Source: Solirubrobacterales bacterium | GTDB lineage: Bacteria; Actinomycetota; Thermoleophilia; Solirubrobacterales; Solirubrobacteraceae | Assembly: GCA_044446425.1 (NCBI GenBank) | Contig: JBIOEW010000018.1 | Location: forward strand, 4,110-68,109 | Direction of reading: 5' to 3' | Length of the DNA stretch: 64,000 bases | In this document: positions 56,480 through 64,000 of the stretch, piece by piece | Position numbering within the stretch: the stretch's first letter is position 1 | How the letters are laid out: the number at the start of each line of letters is the position of its first letter | Program-made: the position numbers and the translations under genes | The notes under the pieces: model-generated | Databases searched by the model: none | What the model saw: the letters and a program-made list of their open reading frames with translations, nothing else | Told to the model about the DNA's origin: nothing

Positions 56480-57889
56480 TCAGCCGTGCTGCCCGTGCGG
56501 GCCGTGACCGGTCGCGCTGGAGCGGTGCTTGCTGCGCTTGTGCTCGGCATACCTGTGCTTGGCGTGCCGAGCGCCCCGGGCGCGGGCTGCGCGCGGGCGC
56601 GAAGCGTGTGAAGCGGTGTCGATCGCGGCCTGCGCCGGGACGGAGCCAGCGGCGGGCGCTGCGGGCGTAGCGGCCTCGATGGGCGCCGCCGGGTCCACTT
56701 GCTGCTGCGCCACCGCTGCGGTGGCCGCTTCTTCTTTTCCCACCGGCGGGACCGCTTCGGGAGCGCCCGCCCCGGCGACGGCGCCGAGCACATCGGCGCA
56801 GGCCGAGCCCGGCGCGGCCGAGTAGCCGCCTTCGCCGGTCGCGACCAGTTCGCTCGCAGAGGCGGTCACGTTGCTCTGCACGCTGAAGCCGCCCGCGCTC
56901 GTGTCGATCCCGCGCGTGGAAACGCAGTTGGCGCGCACGAGGTTGCCGACGCCGCGCGGCGTGCCGCTGGGGTACCACGATTCGACGTCGCGGCGGATCC
57001 GCGAGTTGACGATCAGGTTGTGTTCGAGCAGGTTGCCGTTGGAGCTCGCGCCTTCGCCGGAGAAGATCACGCCCTCGCCGTTGTTCGCGATCACGTTGCC
57101 CGTGATCACGGCGCCGGTCGAGTTCGGGTAGAGCTGGATGCCGCGGTCGACGTTGTTGACGATCACGTTGCCCGTGATCTGTGTGTTCGTCGCGTCCTGT
57201 ACGTAGATGCCGTGCTGCTGGTTGGTCGACGGCAGCACGCCGCAGTCGTGAATGCGGTTGTGTGCGATCACGGTCGCGTCGGCGAAGCCCCACGTCGCGC
57301 TGCCGATGTCGAAGCAGATTCCGGTGTGGTCGTTGGTGACGTCGTCGGATTCGAACGTCACGTGATTGGCGTTGACCGTCGGACTCGGAAGCCGTTCGCC
57401 GGACTGGTAGTTGCCGTCGAGCGAGAGACCTTCGAAGGTGACGTAGTTGGATCCGGCGGGGACGTAGATGCGCCCGGTGATCGTCGCGTGTTCACCGGGG
57501 TAGCTGCGCAGGCCGATCGGCGCGCCGGCGCCGCCGCCGTGGTTGACGCGCAGGCCGCCGCCGTAGACGCCCGCGCGCAGGCAGCCGACCTGGCCGGGAG
57601 CAAGCCCGTTGGCGAGCGCACCCACGGTCCGCAGCGGCGTGGCCGGGGAGCCATTGGCGCTGTCGGAGCCGGTCGGCGCGGCGACCTTGTCACAGCGCGC
57701 CGGTAGCGATTCGGCGCCCGCGGGCAGCACCGCAAGAAGTGAGATCGACCCGGTGAGCGAGAGCAGAGCACAGAGCGCAAGCGACGCGCCGAGCACGCGC
57801 GCGCAGCTGCGGATCGGCCGCCGCCCACGGTCGTCGCGATCCTGCGCGGAGAGGAAATCCGGTGAAACGTGGCTTGCACGGCTAAGCAT
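56480..57889 (-). CDS. Secreted right-handed beta-helix protein, paralog of 24323-25345, with His/Arg/Lys-rich tail
   Basis: Shares GRIY.P.GS, LPSPTV, DDVTN.HTGICF, NRIHDCG, NVDRGIQL.P, NGEGV.FSG, DVES.YP.GTP with the first copy. Confidence 0.8.
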   Translation of the reverse strand: MLSRASHVSPDFLSAQDRDDRGRRPIRSCARVLGASLALCALLSLTGSISLLAVLPAGAESLPARCDKVAAPTGSDSANGSPATPLRTVGALANGLAPGQVGCLRAGVYGGGLRVNHGGGAGAPIGLRSYPGEHATITGRIYVPAGSNYVTFEGLSLDGNYQSGERLPSPTVNANHVTFESDDVTNDHTGICFDIGSATWGFADATVIAHNRIHDCGVLPSTNQQHGIYVQDATNTQITGNVIVNNVDRGIQLYPNSTGAVITGNVIANNGEGVIFSGEGASSNGNLLEHNLIVNSRIRRDVESWYPSGTPRGVGNLVRANCVSTRGIDTSAGGFSVQSNVTASASELVATGEGGYSAAPGSACADVLGAVAGAGAPEAVPPVGKEEAATAAVAQQQVDPAAPIEAATPAAPAAGSVPAQAAIDTASHASRPRAARARGARHAKHRYAEHKRSKHRSSATGHGPHGQHG

Positions 57890-58072
57890 CGGCGGCGAGA
57901 CCTCCGGTAAGTGCGGTGAACATGCGGTTCATCGACCCCCGACGGCGCCTGCTGACCGGAACGCTCTCGCGCTCCTACGAACGTCCAATGCGCCATTCGC
58001 ACGCGGATCGCTCCGTGGCGATAGTCGCTACCTTTGTTGAAGGCCGCGCTCCGGCGCCGCGGCCCCCCCTCC

Positions 58073-59650
58073 ATGCCACGCTCTAGCGACCCATCACGCT
58101 CCGCCGATTGGCTCGCGCCGCCCGGGCCACGCGAGGGCTTGGGCCACTACGTGGAGGTGATCCGCGACCGCCGCAAACTGATCCTCGCGTGTGTGGTGAT
58201 CGTGACACTCGTCGCGGGCGCGTATGCCAAGCTCGCGCCGACGACGTGGAAGGCCGAATCGCACCTTTTGATCACGCCGGTCAACGGCGAAAGCAACCTG
58301 ATCGGCCTCGGCCTGATCCAGAGCTCGGGCAATCCGACGGGTGACGTCTCGACGGCCGCGAGCCTCGTGACGACCTCCGAGGTCGCAGCCCTGGCGGCGA
58401 TCAACCTCGGACACACGACGGGTCGCGCGATACTCGGCCAGGTCTCGGCGGTGCCGGTCGCTCAGAGCAACGTCGTCGCGATCACGGCGACGGCCTCGAC
58501 CGCGGCGCGCGCGCAGGCGGTCGCCAACGCCTTCGCGACGGCGACCGTCAACAGCCGCACGCGCACGCTTCACCGCCAGCTCGAAGCGATCATCCCGACG
58601 ATCAAGGATCAGATCGCGGCGCTCCCGCCCGCCCAACGCACGGGCCAGGGTTCGCTCGGCGAAAAGCTCTCCACGCTGCAGACGCTGCTGGCAGGGCCCG
58701 ATCCGACCGTCTCGGTCGAGTCGCTCGCCCAGCTCCCGAGCTCGCCGAGCTGGCCGCGCACGAAGCTGAGCGTGATCGCCGGCTTCCTGATCGGCCTCGT
58801 GATCGGCGTGGGCGGCGCGTTCGCGCTCGAGAACCTCGATCCACGCGTGCGTCGCGAGGAGACCCTGCGGCGGATCTTCCGACTTCCCGTACTGGCCCGC
58901 ATTCCCCGCGAACGCCGCCCGGCATCGCGCCTGCCGATGCGCCCCGGCGAAATCTCGCCGGCCGCCCAGGAGAGCTACCGCATGCTCCGTGTGGCGCTCG
59001 GCGCGCGCAGCCACCAGACCGGCACACGCTCGATCATGGTCACCGGCTCGACGCGCTCGGAGGGCAAGTCGACGGTCGCGCTGAACCTCGCCGCGACGTT
59101 GGCCTTCTCCGGCCACAGCGTGATCCTCGTCGAGGCCGATCTGCGCCGGCCGTCGCTCGGCGGCGCCCTCGACCTGCGAGTGAAGCGCGGCAAACGTGGT
59201 ACGGCGGGCGTGCTGATGGGCGAAATCTCGCTGAAGGACGCACTCGTCCCGGTGACCGAGCTGAGCGACAACCTCGACGTCCTGCTCGTCGAGCAGTCGG
59301 TGCCCTACCTCGCCGACGGCCTGCTCGCCTCGGCCGACGAGATCGTCGAGCAGGGCCGCGCGCTTGCCGACTTCATCGTCTTCGACGCGCCGCCGGTGAC
59401 CGAGGTCAGCGACGCGCTGCCGCTCAGCCAGCACGTGGACGACGTGCTGATCGTGGCGCGTCTCGGTTACAGCCGCACCGATCAACTCGTCAACCTCGGC
59501 GAAATGCTCTCGCGCCAAGGCGTGCGCCCGTCGGGCCTGGTCGTCGTCAGCGACGACTTCGCGCAGGGCAGCGGTTACTACGCGCCGACGCCGACCTCTT
59601 CGAGCCGTCGCGGCAAGCTGCGCGAGCACATCCCGGCCATCGGGGCCTAG
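58073..59650 (+). CDS. Polysaccharide co-polymerase / BY-kinase (Wzc/CpsCD-like fusion)
   Basis: Two TMs flanking an extracellular domain; ESYRMLR, EGKST Walker A, EADLRRP, FDAPP; short GYY tail; start ATG 58073. Confidence 0.9.
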   Translation: MPRSSDPSRSADWLAPPGPREGLGHYVEVIRDRRKLILACVVIVTLVAGAYAKLAPTTWKAESHLLITPVNGESNLIGLGLIQSSGNPTGDVSTAASLVTTSEVAALAAINLGHTTGRAILGQVSAVPVAQSNVVAITATASTAARAQAVANAFATATVNSRTRTLHRQLEAIIPTIKDQIAALPPAQRTGQGSLGEKLSTLQTLLAGPDPTVSVESLAQLPSSPSWPRTKLSVIAGFLIGLVIGVGGAFALENLDPRVRREETLRRIFRLPVLARIPRERRPASRLPMRPGEISPAAQESYRMLRVALGARSHQTGTRSIMVTGSTRSEGKSTVALNLAATLAFSGHSVILVEADLRRPSLGGALDLRVKRGKRGTAGVLMGEISLKDALVPVTELSDNLDVLLVEQSVPYLADGLLASADEIVEQGRALADFIVFDAPPVTEVSDALPLSQHVDDVLIVARLGYSRTDQLVNLGEMLSRQGVRPSGLVVVSDDFAQGSGYYAPTPTSSSRRGKLREHIPAIGA

Positions 59651-59657
59651 CGCCGCC

Positions 59658-61076
59658 ATGCACGCCCGGGGGCGCGCGTTCGGGCTGCTGCCGACGGGCA
59701 TCCTCGCGATGGCGGCGATCCTCGGCGTGCTCGCCGCGCTGCAACCCGCGCTCGCACTCGCGGGCGCCGGCGGCCTGGTGCTCGCCTACGTCGCGTTCTC
59801 CGATCTCGCAATCGGGTTCGCCGTGCTCGCGTTCCTCAGCTTCGTCGACACGCTGCCGACCTCGGGCTCGCTGAGCCCGGCGAAGGCCGTCGGGCTGCTC
59901 GTCGCGGTCGCATGGCTGGCTCGCTTCAGCATCGGCTCAGAACACTCCGAACGCGACTTCTTCGCCGATCACTCGCACCTGACGTGGACCCTGGTCGCGT
60001 TCTTCGGCTGGGCGACGCTGTCGCTGCTGTGGGCGCCGAGCACGAGCGCCGGCACGGGGGCGCTGACGCGCTACGCGCCGAACATCCTGCTGATCCCGAT
60101 CGCCTACACGGCGGTGCGCACGCGGCGAGACCTGACGATCGTGGTCGGGGCGATCATCCTCGGTGCGATGATCGCGGCAGCGTTCGCGGTGCTCCAGCCG
60201 CCGAACCCGGAAATCGTCGAGGAAAGCGCGCGAGCGACGGGAACGATCGGCGATCCCAACGAACTCGCGTCGGTGCTGCTGGTGGGGCTCGCGCTCGGCG
60301 CCGGATTTGCGATCGGGCGCACACGCCTGCCATCGCTGCGGCTGGTCGCGGCGTTGGCCGTTCCGCTGTGTGCCGCCGGCATCTTCCTCAGCCTCTCGCG
60401 CGGCGGTCTCGTCGCGCTTGGCGCACTGATGCTCGCCGGCACGATCTTCGCCGGACGCTGGCGGATGGCGATCACGATCATGCTCACGCTCGTCGCGGTG
60501 GGCGGCGTTGTCTACTTCACGCAGCTCGCGCCGCTGCCCGCGCGCGAACGCGTCAGCGCAGCCAAGGGCGGGACGGGGCGAACCGATCTCTGGACGGTCG
60601 CCTGGCGGATGGTGCAGGCGCACCCCGTCGACGGCGTCGGCGTCGGCAACTTCCCCAACTCCTCGGCCCAGTACACGCTGCGTCCGGGAGTGATCCAGCG
60701 AACTGATCTGATCTTCAACCAGCAGCCGTTCGTCACGCACAACACCTACCTGCAGATCATGGCCGAGACCGGGATCCCTGGGCTGCTGCTGTTCCTCGGC
60801 ATCATCGGCTCATGCATGGGCTGGGCGCTGAAGGCCGCGCGCATCTGGGAGCGGCGCGGCGATCGGACGATGGAGGCGCTCGCACGCGCGATGTTCCTCG
60901 GGCTGTGCGGCATGCTCGTGGCGGACGTGTTCATCTCGGTGATGTACAGCAAGCTGCTGTGGGTGCTGCTCGCGCTCGGGCCGGCGATGTACGCGATCGC
61001 GCGTCGCGAGGGTGCCGCCGAGACGACGCCGTCGGAGTCCGAGCCGGCGGAGCTCAGCCCCGCGCCGAGCTACTGA
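59658..61076 (+). CDS. Wzy polymerase / O-antigen ligase family protein
   Basis: Multi-TM; RATGTIGDPNELA, SLSRGG, GRTDLW..A..M...HP..GVG.GNF, HNTYLQI.AETG..G. Confidence 0.87.
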   Translation: MHARGRAFGLLPTGILAMAAILGVLAALQPALALAGAGGLVLAYVAFSDLAIGFAVLAFLSFVDTLPTSGSLSPAKAVGLLVAVAWLARFSIGSEHSERDFFADHSHLTWTLVAFFGWATLSLLWAPSTSAGTGALTRYAPNILLIPIAYTAVRTRRDLTIVVGAIILGAMIAAAFAVLQPPNPEIVEESARATGTIGDPNELASVLLVGLALGAGFAIGRTRLPSLRLVAALAVPLCAAGIFLSLSRGGLVALGALMLAGTIFAGRWRMAITIMLTLVAVGGVVYFTQLAPLPARERVSAAKGGTGRTDLWTVAWRMVQAHPVDGVGVGNFPNSSAQYTLRPGVIQRTDLIFNQQPFVTHNTYLQIMAETGIPGLLLFLGIIGSCMGWALKAARIWERRGDRTMEALARAMFLGLCGMLVADVFISVMYSKLLWVLLALGPAMYAIARREGAAETTPSESEPAELSPAPSY

Positions 61077-62265
61077 CGCCGCGCTCGGCGAGCAGCTCCA
61101 GGTAGAGCGCTTCCAACCGTCGCACCAGCGTGTCGATGTCGAACTCGCTGCGGCGGCGCGCGCGGGCCCGCACGCCCATCTCGCGCGAGTGCTCGGGCTC
61201 GGTCAGCGCCTGCGCGATCGCGCCGGCGAGCGCCTCCGGCTCCCCGCGCGCCACGAGCAGGCCGTGGACGCCGGGCTCGATCAGGTCGGGGACGCCGCCG
61301 ACGGCCGTCGCGACGATCGGCAGCGCCGCGTCCATGTACTCCATCACCGCAAGCGGGCTGCCCTCGAAGTCGGAGCACGATACGGCGACGTCGATCGCGC
61401 GCAGCACGTCGGGCACGTCGCCGCGGTGGCCCATGAAGAGGACGGCGTCGGCGATCCCAAGCTCCGTTGCGAGCGCCTCGAGGGCGGCGCGCTCCGGGCC
61501 GTCGCCGACGATCAGCAGCCGTATCTCCGGCCAGCGCCCACGCAGCTGGGCGAGTGCGCGCAGCAGCACGTGCAGCGCCTTCTGCGCGCGAAGCACGCCG
61601 ACAGCGCCGATCACGGGTGCGTCGTGGGCGATGCCGAGCTCTGCACGCACGTCGCGTCCGCTCGGCGCGGGCGAGGAGAGAACGCCGTTGGGGATGAACA
61701 ACGTGCGGGCCGGGTCGATCCCCTCGACCTCGCTCATCCGCCGCCGGTCCTCGCGTGAGACGGCGATGAAACGGGTCGCGCCGCGCGCGATCAGCTCGCG
61801 ATCGAGCAAGCGCCGCAGCGGCTGGCCCTCGTATGACCACGTGTGCTCGTGGGCGAGCACGACCGGCACGCGCGCGATCCGCCCGACCAGCGTCCCCCAG
61901 ACGTTCGAGCCGAACTTGTGCGCGTGCAGCACGTCGACCCGTTCGCGCCGCAAGAAGCGCTCCAGCCGCGCGAGCGCGGCAATGTCGACTCTGCGCCGAC
62001 GCTTCAGCGCCAGCAAGCGCGCGGGCGAGGCCTCGAGCACGTCGAGCGCCGGCCGGGCGGATGGGTCGTCCTTCCACCGGCCCGTCAGCGGCCAGCGGCT
62101 GACGCACAGGATCGAGTCGAAGCGGTCCGGGTCGAGCCTCGTCGCGATCAGCAGCGCGAGGTGCTCGGCCCCACCGAAGCAGCTGAGGAAATCGACGAAC
62201 GTGACCACACGCACCCGACTCGGCTGACGATCGGAGGAGGCGGCCGGGACCATTCGCGGGCCCAT
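61054..62265 (-). CDS. Glycosyltransferase family 4
   Basis: GGAE, HEH, IPNGV, VGVLRAQK, GDGPER, SDFEGSPLAVMEYM..ALP.VAT.VGG. Confidence 0.92.
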   Translation of the reverse strand: MGPRMVPAASSDRQPSRVRVVTFVDFLSCFGGAEHLALLIATRLDPDRFDSILCVSRWPLTGRWKDDPSARPALDVLEASPARLLALKRRRRVDIAALARLERFLRRERVDVLHAHKFGSNVWGTLVGRIARVPVVLAHEHTWSYEGQPLRRLLDRELIARGATRFIAVSREDRRRMSEVEGIDPARTLFIPNGVLSSPAPSGRDVRAELGIAHDAPVIGAVGVLRAQKALHVLLRALAQLRGRWPEIRLLIVGDGPERAALEALATELGIADAVLFMGHRGDVPDVLRAIDVAVSCSDFEGSPLAVMEYMDAALPIVATAVGGVPDLIEPGVHGLLVARGEPEALAGAIAQALTEPEHSREMGVRARARRRSEFDIDTLVRRLEALYLELLAERGVSSSARG

Positions 62266-62332
62266 GCTACGAACAGCCGGGGACGCTCACGGGCGCGCTT
62301 TCCAGCCGGTGCCTCACGAACACGCTGCTCGG

Positions 62333-63973
62333 CTACGGCGCAGCGTCGGCGCGAGCCCGAGCGAGCGCCCAGACCGAGGCCGCCCCGGCAGGTGTCCGGC
62401 GAGTCGAGACGCGTTCGTATTCGCGATCGAGCAATCGTGTGCCGTCGGCGACGAACCGGTCCCATTCCGCCGGCGCATGTGGTTCGCGCCGGAATTTCTG
62501 CGTGACCAGCACGAGCTCGGGCCGCCTGTCCTCGACGCACCGCAACACGCCGTCGAGGTGCGGGGTGAAGACGTATTGGGCGATCGCCGGGCAGGCGAGC
62601 GCGAACCTGTCGTCGAGGAACGCCGCGACCGCTTCTTCGTCGTTCTGGCCGAGATGCGCGTACGTGATCCTGCGCGCCGCCGGGAAGCGACTCGCGGCCG
62701 CCTGTTCGAGCTCCTCGGCGGTTTCGCTGCGGCCGGAGTCGAACCAGTAGGAGACCCCGCCGGCGCGCGCGTAGGGCGCCGCGGCCGTGCCGCCGAGCAG
62801 CACGACGCCGAGCGCCGCGACCGCGCAGACGGCCGCGATCCCGCGCAGGCCGGAGGCGAGCTCGGGCCTGGCCGAGACGATCCAGGCGACCACGAACGCA
62901 ATCAGGAGCAGCTCGGGAAAAGCAAGCATCTGGTCGTGCGGCGACCAGGCCGCCGTCAGCGCGAGCGTCAGCGCCGTCGTGGCAGTCGCGCAGAGGAACG
63001 CCGCCGCGAGGAACCTCGTGGCGGCCGCGGGCGTCGCCGCGCCGGGGGGCGTCGCAGGGCGTCGGCGCAGCGTGCGCACGGCGAGCGCCCCCACCAGCAG
63101 GAAGACAGCAACCACGACGGCGAGGTGCAGCGGTTTGCCGACGGGCGCGCCGAGGATGTGCCCCGGCCGGCTCGCCGCCCACGCGGCGATCTTGATGTGC
63201 CCTGGTATTCCGGTCACGCTGCCGGTCGCGCTCAGCACGTTGCGCGAGTAGCTGATGTTGTCTTTGAAGTTCTCGATGTAGCCGTGCAGTTCGCCGCGCA
63301 CGGCGAGCGCGCCCGCGCCGGCGCCGGCGAGCGCGACGAATCCGCCGGCGGCCTTCGCGAGCTGGACACGCAGCCCGCGCGGGGCGAGCACGAGCGCCGC
63401 CAGCGGCACGCTCGCGAGCACGAGGCCGAGGTTCACCTTGAACAGCACGCCGAGCGCGAGCAGCGCACCGGCGGCGACGAAGCTACCGCGCAGCCAGAGC
63501 AAGCCGATCAGGGGGGCGAAGGACAGCGCCGCGAGCAGCGAGTAGCCCGAGAGGTACCAGGCCCCGGTGAGCAGCAGCGGATAGGCGACGAAGCCGACTG
63601 CGGCCGCCGTCCAGGACGAGCCGATCGCCCGCAGCAACAACAGCGTCGAGCCGGCGGCGATCGCCAGCCAGAGGATGTCGAGCAGGAACGGCCCCGTCCA
63701 GCCGAATGCCGCGAGCGCGCCCGCGTGCGCGTAGTAGAACAGCGGATCCTTGTTGTCGAGCACGCCGACGTACAGCCGGTCGCCGTGCAGCATGCTCCCG
63801 GCGACGCTGAGGAACACGCCGGCGTCTGATTTCAGGCTCGGCCGCCCGCGCAGCAGGACGAGCAGCGCGCCGTACACGGCGCTCGCCGAGAACAGGTACA
63901 GACGGCCGCGTACGGACGCCAGCGTGGTCGCGCGTCCCGCCGTCGCCCGGACGCCCTCCTCCCAGCTGATCAT
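62333..63973 (-). CDS. GT-C-like multi-TM glycosyltransferase (lipid-phosphate-sugar dependent)
   Basis: ~12 hydrophobic segments; first loop SDAGVFLSVAGSMLHGDRLYVGVLDNKDPLFYY resembles the D...Y....D.K.P loop of ArnT/PMT-like enzymes. Confidence 0.65.
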   Translation of the reverse strand: MISWEEGVRATAGRATTLASVRGRLYLFSASAVYGALLVLLRGRPSLKSDAGVFLSVAGSMLHGDRLYVGVLDNKDPLFYYAHAGALAAFGWTGPFLLDILWLAIAAGSTLLLLRAIGSSWTAAAVGFVAYPLLLTGAWYLSGYSLLAALSFAPLIGLLWLRGSFVAAGALLALGVLFKVNLGLVLASVPLAALVLAPRGLRVQLAKAAGGFVALAGAGAGALAVRGELHGYIENFKDNISYSRNVLSATGSVTGIPGHIKIAAWAASRPGHILGAPVGKPLHLAVVVAVFLLVGALAVRTLRRRPATPPGAATPAAATRFLAAAFLCATATTALTLALTAAWSPHDQMLAFPELLLIAFVVAWIVSARPELASGLRGIAAVCAVAALGVVLLGGTAAAPYARAGGVSYWFDSGRSETAEELEQAAASRFPAARRITYAHLGQNDEEAVAAFLDDRFALACPAIAQYVFTPHLDGVLRCVEDRRPELVLVTQKFRREPHAPAEWDRFVADGTRLLDREYERVSTRRTPAGAASVWALARARADAAP

Positions 63974-64000
63974 CTATGCCTCATTGCCAAAATCGACGTC

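Noticed and set aside
1-64000. CRISPR arrays, rRNA, IS elements, riboswitches
   Set aside because: No regularly spaced repeats, rRNA signatures, transposase motifs or recognisable riboswitch cores by eye; an Infernal/Rfam scan would be needed to exclude weak hits.

Overview
Very high-GC bacterial chromosomal DNA. Gene content and the style of the secreted proteins suggest Actinomycetota, probably Thermoleophilia/Solirubrobacterales (inference). The first ~20 kb is mixed housekeeping and accessory DNA: an M42 peptidase 5' end, acnA, a GAF-GGDEF cyclase, a 1043-aa Cys-paired repeat surface protein, a vapBC module, a NodIJ-like ABC exporter, tandem peptidase E genes, tandem GH16-like genes, a TetR-controlled AKR/YceI/FMN-reductase unit, exoD, an XRE regulator, tRNA-Ser(CGA) and tadA. 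From ~20.5 kb to the window end lies a large (>43 kb, probably continuing) surface-polysaccharide locus: priming sugar transferase, GT2/GT4/GT-C enzymes, two Wzy/O-antigen-ligase-like proteins, Wzc plus a PHP phosphatase, two deacetylases, beta-helix and clan GH-A enzymes, and three S8 proteases. Two unusual tailoring modules are embedded in it. (i) A translationally coupled AcpS - carrier protein - acyl-CoA-dehydrogenase-like - amino acid:[carrier protein] ligase - DUF1839-like - GH2 - tandem alpha/beta-hydrolase operon, proposed as a tRNA-independent, NRPS-free route that activates an amino acid and may transfer it onto the glycan. (ii) comA/comB (sulfolactate) next to an ATP-grasp ligase and a methyltransferase. 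Also found: a 28-aa membrane sORF absent from the ORF track, a decayed beta-propeller paralog fragment, a TetR operator pair and long intergenic hairpins. No CRISPR, rRNA, transposase or integrase was seen. All family calls come from motif recognition by eye, not database searches.
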